Positions 17,712 through 26,080 of a stretch of 64,000 nt of DNA are shown one piece after another. Within the stretch, counting starts at the first letter, position 1, and the number at the start of each line of letters is the position of its first letter. Source of the DNA: Dehalococcoidia bacterium (GTDB taxonomy: Bacteria; Chloroflexota; Dehalococcoidia; Bin125); NCBI GenBank assembly GCA_965242485.1, contig CBDESM010000003.1, positions 1,819,759 through 1,883,758 on the forward strand. Reading direction: 5' to 3'. The position numbers and the translations under genes were made by a program. The notes beneath the pieces are model-generated. The model was not told the DNA's origin. It searched no databases and saw only the letters and a program-made list of their open reading frames with translations.

Positions 17712-17748
17712 TTGACACTAGACCCCCCCCCCCCGCGTTAATTATCCT
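17712..17748 (+). promoter_or_regulatory. Promoter-like region containing a C12 homopolymer
   Basis: TTGACA lies at 17712-17717. An uninterrupted C12 tract lies at 17723-17734. A/T-rich -10 candidates are TAATTA (17739-17744) and TATCCT (17743-17748). The spacers of 21-25 nt are longer than the optimum. The site is 46-82 nt upstream of the ATG at 17794 (RBS GGAGG). Confidence 0.4.
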
Positions 17749-17793
17749 CAGATATCCGATCCGCGATGTCGGCGCGGGACGCTGGAGGTCACG

Positions 17794-20700
17794 ATGATTG
17801 AGCACTTTTCCGGGCGTGGCGCGCTCATCCGCCGCGCACTGCAATTCACGGCGGCTGCCGCCGTGCTCGGGGCCGCCCTCTTCGCGCTCGCAGCGCCCGC
17901 GCCCGCAGACGCGCAGACCACCGCCGTCAACGCCAACGCCATCGTTTGGGCCCAGCGGCTCGACGACGAGACGGGCGAGCCCATCGATCTGACCCGCGGC
18001 TACTGGCGCTGGCCCTTCGTCAACCGGTTCGAGACGACCGAGGTCGAAACCCTCAAAGTCCGCGTCTACCTGCTCAAGGACACCCGCGACAACGACGGTA
18101 CGGCGCCCTCGCCCAGCGATTACGCCTCCTACGGCGACTTCAGCTCCATCTGGCTCACGCTCAAATCCGCTGCCGGCGGCGGCATCTTCGGCAACCCCCT
18201 GACCACCGCCTCCCTGAAGAACAAGGACGGCAGCGCCGACCTGACCACCGGCGGCAACAACGCGTATCAGAGGAGCATCTCCCCCGCCGTCTGGCACCAG
18301 AACACGGCCGGCTACGTCAGCGGCGCGGCCACCCCGGGCGCCACTGACCGGGTCCAGCCCATCGACATCACCATCGACTTCGGTTCCGGCGGCCTCGGCC
18401 AGAACAACTTCTTCCTCTACACCCGCAAGAACTGCCACAACCCCTGTTCCGGCGGCACCGGCCGCGACAAGGAGTACGAATGGAAGCTCCCCCACCGCGT
18501 CACCGGACTCGGCTGGGGCATGTTCGCTCGGCTCAACGGCGCCACCCCGCCCCAACCCGTCCTCAACGCCGACGGCCAGGCCGCTTGGGACGACATGCAC
18601 TACCTCAACCAGAACGCGGACACGACCCTCACGGTCCGCTTCTACTTCAAGAAGACCGACCCCGACAACCTCACCCTCCGCCCCAGCAAGCCGAGCGACC
18701 CGGACGCCACCTACGCCGACATGGCTTTCGGCCACAGCGTCTACCTCTACCGAGGCGAGACCAACGTCGGCATGACCGGCGTCCGCTACTACAACGTCGG
18801 CACCAACACCCGCTGGGTCGGCTGCAGCAACAGCGGCACGCTCCACGAGTGCCACATGAACAAGGCCACCCTCAAGACCGCCGCCGGCGCGTCGGCCGAC
18901 ACTGAAGAGTCCGACGAGGTCGTCCCCGTCGACTTCGACGTCTTCATCCCCATCGCCGCCGGGGTGGGCGTGGGGGACTACCCGGCCGTCCGCTTCTTCG
19001 GCCGCGGCGGCACCGACTCGAGCCTCGAATCCGGCGGCAACCGCTTCCCGCACGCACTGGGCATGATCAAGCGCCCGACGCTCGACCTGCACCACCGCCG
19101 CAACACTTGGGACCGCGGCGAATCCACCTGCACCCACGGCTACGTCGCCGCCGACACGGCCGCGACCGAAACTGCCGAGCAGCTCGCCGTGATCACTTCC
19201 GACTCCGCCGGCGGCTCGCTCGCCCACAACTGCGGGAGCCTCTCCATCGCCCCGGGCCAGTCGGCCTTCCTCGGCTTCTGGGCCGGCTTCGCCGGGCCCG
19301 ACGCCCACCCGCAGGAATACCTCTGGAACCGCCACGACAAGACCCGCGTCTACGGCTACCGCACCACTCACGCGATGCGCATCCGCGAGTTCGACCGGAT
19401 CACCGTCACCAACAGAGCTGGCTCCTTCGGCATCTCCACCCGCTGCCCCCAGCACAGCTATCTCGATGCTCCGGAAGACCGCTTCTACGACGCCGAGTGG
19501 CCCAAACCGCGCACGCGCGACGGCATGGGCTCCTGCACCGCCACCTCCGTCGCCTGGTACAACGGCGACGCCGAGCGCGCCGCCGGCACCGGGCACGTCG
19601 GGCCCGCCGGGCTCGGCCACATCACGCTCTACCCCACCGACTTCCTCACGGGCACCGCCACCCTCAGCGCCACCGCCTACGGCACCGACCGCGACGGCGA
19701 CGGCGAGCCCGACTGGACCGCGACCGACGAACTCGGGGTCGCGTTCGACTCGTCCAAGAGGACCGTCTCCGCCTCCGACACCTTCGTCGACGGCGAGACC
19801 GACAACTCCCCGCTGGCCGCCTACGTCAGCCGTTCCGACTACAACGGCATGATCTCCCTCAAGGTCGGCCGCCTCGAGCGCCACGCCTTCCCCATCTTCC
19901 CGCAGAAACCCGCCGACCGCGAAGGCGGGCAGCCCTACGCCAGCGTCGCCGAACTCGCCGCCGCCGGCGCCGGCGAGCTGACCTGGCAGGAGGGCCGCAC
20001 CAAGTTCGGCGAGATTGGCGAGTCGCGCGGCGAAGTGCTGGACGGCCGCTACCTCGGCCTCGTCCTCTTCAGCAACCTCGCCGAAGAGGAAGCCGTCCGC
20101 GTCACCGTCAACCGCGGCGTCGTCTCCCACGAAGGCGAAGCCTGCACGGCCTCGGACGACGGCTGCACGCTCAGCCTCAGCCGCGCCGAACTCATGACCA
20201 GCCGCGGCCGCGGCGCATCCGGCGAGGTCGGCGCGGATGACAACGAACCCTTCGTGATCAGCTACCTCGACTACGCGCCCGCCGGCACCGGCCCGGTCAC
20301 CTTCACGGTCCAGGCCTTCCCCGACGACGACGCCTGGCCCGTCGCCGATCCGACCACCTACACCGAAACGGTGCCCACGTTCGATTCCCTCAGCGTCCGC
20401 GCCCTCCTGCTCGACGCCGACGGCGTGCTCGACCCGGGCGACGTCACCGGCGTCACCGTCGGCATCGAATCCGGCGGCCCGACCAGCGCGGCCGGGAACG
20501 CGCTGCTGCTCAACCTCGTCGTCGGCGACGGCATCTACGAGTCCGCGATCGTCAATTCACGGGGAGGCCTGAGCGGCTACGCCAACACGGCCGGCTCCGG
20601 CGCCCTGCACGATTTCTCGAGCGACTCCTACCTCGTCATCAACGGCCCCGCCACCTGGCCGGAGAACGGCGGCAAGCGCCTCCCGCTCGGCAGCGGCAGC

Positions 20701-22362
20701 ACCTTCAGCAAGCTCACCTGCATCTCCACCAACGATCTCGACTCCGGCATCGCCGACGCAGACGCCGCCACCTGCTACGTGGTCGACGCGAACGGCGCGC
20801 GCCCCGAGCTCGCGGTCGACTCCGACGCCGCCGACGGTTCCGACATCACCATCTCCGCCAGCTTCACGGCCGGCCTCGACGGCTTCACCATGGCCCACTG
20901 GCCGGCCGACCTCGACCTCGGCCCCCGCGCCTACCGGCTCGCGTCCGAAGCCTTCGGCTCCGCCACCTTCAGCGTCAAGGACGTCCAGCAGCTGAGCAGC
21001 ATCAGCTTCGGCCGCAAGCCCGCGGCCGACGGCAACGTGCCGAGCGGCCCGATCCGGATCAACGGCAGCGACGGGATCCGCCTGGCGCTGCTGAACGAGG
21101 ACGGCAGGGCCACCCGGCTCGACGCGGTCTCCGCGATCACCGTGACCGTGATCGGCGGCGGCACGCTCACCGGCCTCGGCTGCACCGCGCTCTCCAGCTG
21201 CACCTTCGCGGCCGACGAAGGCCCCCTCTTCGACGCCGCCGAGGCCAACCCGGCCAAGACGGCGCAGATCGACCTGACCTTCAACGCGCCCAAGGATCCG
21301 GGCCGGGCCACGATCGAGGCGACCGTGGTCGGCATCGACGGCATGACCTTCGCCGAGCGGCTCGTGCTGACCGTCTCCGGCTCCGCGGCCGAGATCGCCA
21401 GCAGCGGCGAGATGCCGCGGGTCCACTCCTCGGCCACGACCGACGACGACCGCGACGAGATCAAGATCCCGATCAGCGCCACCGACGCCGACGGCAACGC
21501 CGCGCGGATGCCCGCCAACGCCGCCGCCACGGTGCGCGGCATCGACGGCGCAGTCGTCTCCGCCGGCCGCCTCACCTCCCAGGTCAGCTGCACCGACGAG
21601 GGCCGGCTGAAGTGCAACCTCGAGATCACCGTCACCGCGCCGGCCGGCACGCCGCTCGCCTCGGGCGCGTACACCGCGACCATCACCGGCAGCGGCATCG
21701 GCAGCACCGAAGTCGGCTTCGCCGTCGGCGGCCCGGCCGAGAAGATCAGCCTCGCCGTGCCCGGCACCGCCGACCTGCCCGGCCTGGCCGGCAGCTTCAC
21801 CGCGACCGCGCGCGTGCTCGACAAGGACGACGTCCCCGTCGCCGACGGGACCTGGGTTGCGTTCGACACGACGGCGGCGAGCGGCGGCGCGGAAAGCGCG
21901 ATCGTGACCCGCCCGCCGCTCTCGGACCACGACAACGACACGACGACGGATGACGTGCGCCGCGCGCAGACCAAGAACGGCGAAGCAAGCGCGACCGTCA
22001 CCATCGTCGCCAACGGAATCGCGATCCTCACCGCGACGGTCGGCGACAAGACGGCCAACGAGCCGATCGACACCCGCGCGGAGACGACGGGCGCGGCGGC
22101 GCCGGCCGATGCCGGGCCGCCGCTGCGCTTCGGCACGGCCGACGGCGCGGCCGCGACCGGTTCGCTGGCGACCTGGGCCAGCAACCGGCAGGGCGACGCC
22201 CGCCAGGCGCTGGAGCAGGTGCCCGGCGCGAGCATCGTCTGGCTCTGGAACGGGGTCGAGTGGATCCGCTGGGGCGTGACCGAGGACGGCACGCGGATCC
22301 CCGGCTCCACCAGCTCGCCGTTCGTCATCCTGCAGGGCGACCGCATCTGGTTCGCCAGCTGA
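17794..22362 (+). CDS. Giant secreted protein (1522 aa): unknown Cys/Trp-rich N-terminal half, then Ig-like (Big_1/invasin-type) repeats and a small C-terminal beta domain
   Basis: The signal peptide is ...AAAAVLGAALFALAAPAPADA-QTT. A calcium-type DRDGDGEPD motif is present. The C-terminal half has repeats such as ISATDADGNAARMP...TVTAPAG and ARVLDKDDVPVADGTWVAFDT...ASATVTIVANGIAILTATVGDK. The tail is IVWLWNGVEWIRWGVTEDG...VILQGDRIWFAS. Confidence 0.85.
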   Translation: MIEHFSGRGALIRRALQFTAAAAVLGAALFALAAPAPADAQTTAVNANAIVWAQRLDDETGEPIDLTRGYWRWPFVNRFETTEVETLKVRVYLLKDTRDNDGTAPSPSDYASYGDFSSIWLTLKSAAGGGIFGNPLTTASLKNKDGSADLTTGGNNAYQRSISPAVWHQNTAGYVSGAATPGATDRVQPIDITIDFGSGGLGQNNFFLYTRKNCHNPCSGGTGRDKEYEWKLPHRVTGLGWGMFARLNGATPPQPVLNADGQAAWDDMHYLNQNADTTLTVRFYFKKTDPDNLTLRPSKPSDPDATYADMAFGHSVYLYRGETNVGMTGVRYYNVGTNTRWVGCSNSGTLHECHMNKATLKTAAGASADTEESDEVVPVDFDVFIPIAAGVGVGDYPAVRFFGRGGTDSSLESGGNRFPHALGMIKRPTLDLHHRRNTWDRGESTCTHGYVAADTAATETAEQLAVITSDSAGGSLAHNCGSLSIAPGQSAFLGFWAGFAGPDAHPQEYLWNRHDKTRVYGYRTTHAMRIREFDRITVTNRAGSFGISTRCPQHSYLDAPEDRFYDAEWPKPRTRDGMGSCTATSVAWYNGDAERAAGTGHVGPAGLGHITLYPTDFLTGTATLSATAYGTDRDGDGEPDWTATDELGVAFDSSKRTVSASDTFVDGETDNSPLAAYVSRSDYNGMISLKVGRLERHAFPIFPQKPADREGGQPYASVAELAAAGAGELTWQEGRTKFGEIGESRGEVLDGRYLGLVLFSNLAEEEAVRVTVNRGVVSHEGEACTASDDGCTLSLSRAELMTSRGRGASGEVGADDNEPFVISYLDYAPAGTGPVTFTVQAFPDDDAWPVADPTTYTETVPTFDSLSVRALLLDADGVLDPGDVTGVTVGIESGGPTSAAGNALLLNLVVGDGIYESAIVNSRGGLSGYANTAGSGALHDFSSDSYLVINGPATWPENGGKRLPLGSGSTFSKLTCISTNDLDSGIADADAATCYVVDANGARPELAVDSDAADGSDITISASFTAGLDGFTMAHWPADLDLGPRAYRLASEAFGSATFSVKDVQQLSSISFGRKPAADGNVPSGPIRINGSDGIRLALLNEDGRATRLDAVSAITVTVIGGGTLTGLGCTALSSCTFAADEGPLFDAAEANPAKTAQIDLTFNAPKDPGRATIEATVVGIDGMTFAERLVLTVSGSAAEIASSGEMPRVHSSATTDDDRDEIKIPISATDADGNAARMPANAAATVRGIDGAVVSAGRLTSQVSCTDEGRLKCNLEITVTAPAGTPLASGAYTATITGSGIGSTEVGFAVGGPAEKISLAVPGTADLPGLAGSFTATARVLDKDDVPVADGTWVAFDTTAASGGAESAIVTRPPLSDHDNDTTTDDVRRAQTKNGEASATVTIVANGIAILTATVGDKTANEPIDTRAETTGAAAPADAGPPLRFGTADGAAATGSLATWASNRQGDARQALEQVPGASIVWLWNGVEWIRWGVTEDGTRIPGSTSSPFVILQGDRIWFAS

Positions 22363-22390
22363 CGGGCAAGGAAGCGGGACGACCGAGATA

Positions 22391-22430
22391 GGGGGAGCCT
22401 CCGACGGCGGGGGCTCCCCTCCTCGTTTTG
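22391..22430. terminator. Bidirectional intrinsic terminator between convergent genes
   Basis: The stem is GGGGAGCC (22392-22399) paired with GGCTCCCC (22412-22419), with a 12-nt loop, followed by TCCTCGTTTT. It lies between the stop at 22362 (+) and the stop at 22444 (-). Confidence 0.6.
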
Positions 22431-22443
22431 CGCGGGCCGCCGC

Positions 22444-23427
22444 TCAGCTCGCCGCCGGTTCCGCCTTCGCCTCGCGCTGCTGCACCAGCGCCGAGCCGAT
22501 CATCAGCAGCGCCACGCCCGCGATCAGCTCGTAGCCGACCGCCTCCCCCAGCACCAGCCAGCTCAGGATCACCCCGAAGAACGGCGTCGAGATCTGGGTC
22601 GCCGCCACCCGGCTGGGCAGGTAGCGCTGCAGCAGCCAGGCGTTGCCGATGAACCCGAACCCGGCGATCACCAGGCCCTGGTAGAGCAGCGCCGCGATCA
22701 GCTCCCAGGGCCACTGCCAGGGCTCCGTCTCGAAGCCGGCCGAGATCGCCGCGAAGGCCGGCACCGCGAAGACCGCCTGCGCCGCCAGCAGCTTGACCGG
22801 GGCGACGTTCTGCGAGGCCTGCGAGATGTAGATCAGCCGCCCCCCGAGCAGCGCCGCCTGCACCACCAGCATCAGATCCCCGTCCAGCCCGACGCCCTCC
22901 TCGCCCGTCAGATCGCCCGCGAACACGACCACGACGCCGCTGTAGGCGATCAGCGTGCCCAGCGCGCGCCGCCGCGTCATCCGGTCGCCCGGCACCAGGA
23001 AGTGCGCGAACACCGCCGCCCAGAGCGGATGCGTCGAGGTCAGCACCACCGCGTGCCCCGCCGTCGTGCGGTCGCCGCCCAGGTACATCAGCGAGGTCTG
23101 CGCGATGAACAGCAGCCCGATCCCGGCCAGCGGCAGCAGCTCCCGCCGCGTCGGCCGGATCGATTGCCGCGTGATCAGCGCGTACGCCGCCACCGCGATC
23201 CCGCCCAGCGACATCCGCAGCATCGCCAGCCGGATCGGCCCCGAGTACTTCAGGCCCTCCTTGACCGCGACCGGGTTCCCGCCCCAGATCGCCGCCAGCA
23301 GCATCGCGAATGCGCCGCCGCCCAGCGTCAGCTGCTTCCGCTCCGGCCGCGCCCCAATCGGCGCGCGGCTCGGCGCTCGGCCCGGCGCCCCCGCGCGCGG
23401 CTGCGGTCCGGCCTGCCCCGCCGACAT
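22444..23427 (-). CDS. EamA/DMT-superfamily transporter, paralog 1
   Basis: 327 aa with about 10 hydrophobic segments. The EamA-like start is LLAAIWGGNPVAVKEGL, followed by ...HPLWAAVFAHFLVPGDRMTRRRALGTLIAYSGVVVV. The exact start is uncertain because there is no clear RBS. Confidence 0.85.
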   Translation of the reverse strand: MSAGQAGPQPRAGAPGRAPSRAPIGARPERKQLTLGGGAFAMLLAAIWGGNPVAVKEGLKYSGPIRLAMLRMSLGGIAVAAYALITRQSIRPTRRELLPLAGIGLLFIAQTSLMYLGGDRTTAGHAVVLTSTHPLWAAVFAHFLVPGDRMTRRRALGTLIAYSGVVVVFAGDLTGEEGVGLDGDLMLVVQAALLGGRLIYISQASQNVAPVKLLAAQAVFAVPAFAAISAGFETEPWQWPWELIAALLYQGLVIAGFGFIGNAWLLQRYLPSRVAATQISTPFFGVILSWLVLGEAVGYELIAGVALLMIGSALVQQREAKAEPAAS

Positions 23428-23446
23428 TCACGCAGGGTACGCGCCG

Positions 23447-24520
23447 CTACCGCTCCGCCCGCTCCTCCCGGCTCTCCAGTTCCTCCTCCTCCGGCTCCTC
23501 CACTTGCTCCCCTTGCCCTTCCTCCTCGGCCGCCGCGGCTTCCGGCTCGTCATCCTGCACGCCGAACGGCCGCCGCGGCGAGATCGCGAATCCGATCAGC
23601 ACGATCGCCAGCCCGATGCCCAGCTCCATGCCGATCGGCTCGTCCAGAATCGCCCAGCCGAAGAACACCCCGAAGATCGGGATCACCATCTGCTGCGACA
23701 GGATCCGCGACGGCTTGAATTGCTGCAGCAGCCGCGTGTTCACGACCAGCCCCGTCCCCGCCATCAGCACCCCGTTGTAGACCATCGCGATCAGCAGCTC
23801 CGAGTGCCATTCCCCGAGCCCGTCATCGAAGGCCAGCGTCGCCCCGAGCATCACCGGCAGCGCGATCAGCACTTCCCAGAACACGATCTTGACCGGTTCG
23901 ATGTGCTGGCTCAGCCGCGCCACCGAGACCTGCCGCACCGCCAGCGTCGCCGCCGCCACCAGCATCACGAAGTCGCCCGACACCTCCACGCCCGGATCCG
24001 AAAAATGCCGGCTGAACACCACCAGCAGCCCCGAGTAGACGATGATCGTCCCGGCCACGGATCTGCGCCCCAGCTGATCGCCCGGAATCAGGAAGTGCGC
24101 CAGCAGCATCGCGATCGCCGGATTGGTCCCGAAGATCACCGCCGAGTGCGAGGCGCTCGTATGCAGCGTCCCGTAATGCACCGCCGCGGTATGCCCCGCG
24201 AACAGCAGCCCCATCAGCAGCAGCTGCAGCCAGTCCCGCCCGTGCGGCAGCAGCGAGCGGCGCAGCACGATCGCCTGCAGTAGCACCACGCCGGCGCCCA
24301 CCGCCAAGCGCAGCGCCCCCACCCGCAGCGGGTGGTTGTCCTCCAAGCTCAGCTTGATCGCGACCGGGCTGCCGCCCCACAGCGCCGCCAGCGTCCACGA
24401 GATGATGTCGCCCCGCAGCGTGGGCTCTTGCCACGCATAGGGGGGGTGCCCCCATGGGTCTCCCGGCAGCCCGCCGCCCGGCTGCGGTTCCGTATCGCCA
24501 GAGTGCGGACCTGCCATCAT
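23447..24520 (-). CDS. EamA/DMT-superfamily transporter, paralog 2, with an acidic C-terminal tail
   Basis: 357 aa. It contains TLAALWGGSPVAIKLSL...NPAIAMLLAHFLIPGDQLGRRSVAGTIIVYSGLLVV. The tail is EPEAAAAEEEGQGEQVEEPEEEELESREERAER. Confidence 0.85.
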   Translation of the reverse strand: MMAGPHSGDTEPQPGGGLPGDPWGHPPYAWQEPTLRGDIISWTLAALWGGSPVAIKLSLEDNHPLRVGALRLAVGAGVVLLQAIVLRRSLLPHGRDWLQLLLMGLLFAGHTAAVHYGTLHTSASHSAVIFGTNPAIAMLLAHFLIPGDQLGRRSVAGTIIVYSGLLVVFSRHFSDPGVEVSGDFVMLVAAATLAVRQVSVARLSQHIEPVKIVFWEVLIALPVMLGATLAFDDGLGEWHSELLIAMVYNGVLMAGTGLVVNTRLLQQFKPSRILSQQMVIPIFGVFFGWAILDEPIGMELGIGLAIVLIGFAISPRRPFGVQDDEPEAAAAEEEGQGEQVEEPEEEELESREERAER

Positions 24521-24548
24521 CCTCAGGATACCGCCTGCTCGTGCTATG

Positions 24549-25670
24549 TTACCGCCCCTGTTCGACGGTCCAGGCCCGCACCGACAGCACCGCCGCCAAG
24601 TGCGTCCGCAGCGTCGTCCAGCTCTCCCCCGCGTCCGCGCTCGCCAGCAGTTCGCCCCCGCTCGTGCCCAAATACAGCCCCAGCGGATCGCCGCCGTCCG
24701 TCCCCAGCGCCTGCCGGTACACGGTCTGGTGGAAATCGGACTCCGGCAGCCCCCGCGTCAGCGGCTGCCAAGTCGCGCCCGCATCGCGCGTGCGGAACAC
24801 GACCAGCCTCCCCCCGCGCGGCATCCGCGCCTGATCCTGATCCAGCGGCACGAACCAGGCCGCGTCCGGATCGCGCGGGTCGATCGCCGTCGCGAACCCG
24901 AACTCGCCCGGCAGCCCCTCGCCCACGTCGACCCAGCTCTCGCCGCCGTCGTCCGAGCGGTACTGGCCCCAGTGGTTCTGCTGCCAGATCCGCTTCGCAT
25001 CCGCCGGATGCGCGTGCATCGAATGCACTCAATGCCCCGCCGTCTCCTCCGGGAAGAACTCCAGCATCTCCGGCGGCAGATGCAGCGCCTTCACGCCCAG
25101 GTTCCGCGGCGTCCAGCTCTCCCCTCCGTCGTCCGAGGTGTAGCAGCCCATCGCCGACCCGGCGATCGTCAGCCGGTCCGGATTCTCCGCATCCACCCCG
25201 ATGTGGTGCAGCGACAGCCCCGCCGCGCCGGCCATCCAGCCCCCCCGCGTCGGATGGTTGAGCAGGCTCTCGCAAAGCTCCCAGCTCGCGCCGTCGTCGC
25301 GGCTGATGAACAGCGCCGCCGGGTCCACCCCCGCGTACAACTCCCCCTCGCGCCCGCCCGGCTCGATCGTCCACACGTTCCGCACCGAATCCCCGCCCCC
25401 GTCCGCCTCCACCGATGTTCCCTCCGGAAACGCCGGCGTCCCCGCCTCGTCCCAAGTCGCCCCGCCGTCGTCCGAGCGGTGCAGCCGCGGCCCCCACTGT
25501 TCGTGCGACGCGCCCGCCCAGAGCGTCCCCGTCCTCGGATCCCGCATTGCATAATCCACCTGCCAGCCCGCGATCGCCAGCGGCTGCCACTCCCACTCCG
25601 AACGTCCCCCGCGGCTGCGCCCGATCACCAGCCCCTTCTTCGTGCTCGCCAGCACTCCCGCCTCGCTCAT
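24549..25670 (-). CDS. BNR/Asp-box six-bladed beta-propeller (sialidase-like fold) interrupted by an in-frame TGA at 25029-25031. It is either a Sec candidate or a pseudogene/split gene.
   Basis: Track ORFs 25029-25670 and 24549-25028 are contiguous in one frame. There are six Asp-boxes: RSDDGGATW, SRDDGASW, TSDDGGESW, then the TGA, then RSDDGGESW, TRDAGATW, SADAGESW. RBS GGAGGAG precedes the ATG at 25670, which overlaps the upstream stop (ATGA). Confidence 0.75.
24996..25012 (-). promoter_or_regulatory. Hairpin 3' of the in-frame UGA (SECIS-like candidate)
   Basis: The mRNA reads UGA-GUGCAUUCGAUGCAC-G-CGCAUCC-GGC-GGAUGCG. The second stem has 7 bp and its loop G is about 24 nt after the UGA. 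A first 6-bp hairpin abuts the UGA directly (25028-25014). Confidence 0.3.
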
Positions 25671-25999
25671 CTCGCTCCTCCTCTCCGCCGGACGCCGTCC
25701 GTCGAATCCGGATCATCCCCGCCCCCGCCGCCCGAAACGGCCGCGAGGATATGCACCCGATCTCCGTCCGCCAAACCGTCCGACAGCCGCTTCCGATCCC
25801 GCACCATCGCCTCGTTCACGAACACGTTCACATGCCGCCTCAGCCGTCCCTGATCATCCAGCACGAATTTCCGAATCTGCGGCAGTTCCCCCGCCAGCGC
25901 CGACAACGCCTCCGCGACCGTCGTCCCCTCCACCACCGCCGATTCCGGCGCATCCATATGCTCCCGCAGCCCCCGCGCCAAGAAAATCTCCACGGCCAT
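25667..25999 (-). CDS. MoaD/ThiS-family ubiquitin-like sulfur-carrier protein with a 19-aa extension beyond the GG
   Basis: The sequence is MAVEIFLARGLREHMD...TVAEALSALAGELPQIRKFVLDD...VNVFVNEAMV...LADGDRVHILAAVSGG, followed by GGGDDPDSTDGVRRRGGAR. Its stop overlaps the next ATG (ATGA at 25667-25670). Confidence 0.78.
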   Translation of the reverse strand: MAVEIFLARGLREHMDAPESAVVEGTTVAEALSALAGELPQIRKFVLDDQGRLRRHVNVFVNEAMVRDRKRLSDGLADGDRVHILAAVSGGGGGDDPDSTDGVRRRGGAR

Positions 26000-26080
26000 G
26001 CTTCAACCGTACACGCCCGCAATTCCCGATTCCGCCCTTGCGTATCATCGCTCCGTCCGACAAAGCCAACGGAGCGCGCC

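Noticed and set aside
17689-20130. 813-aa minus-strand ORF (also 20557-21930 and 20931-22346) inside the giant gene
   Set aside because: The translations are low-complexity and Gly/Ala/Val/Asp-rich, antisense to an ORF that has a signal peptide and Ig-like repeats.
25029-25031. Treating the BNR gene simply as two independent genes
   Set aside because: Not fully rejected, but disfavoured. The halves abut with zero spacing in the same frame. The second half has no proper RBS, and each half has only three of the six blades needed for a closed propeller.
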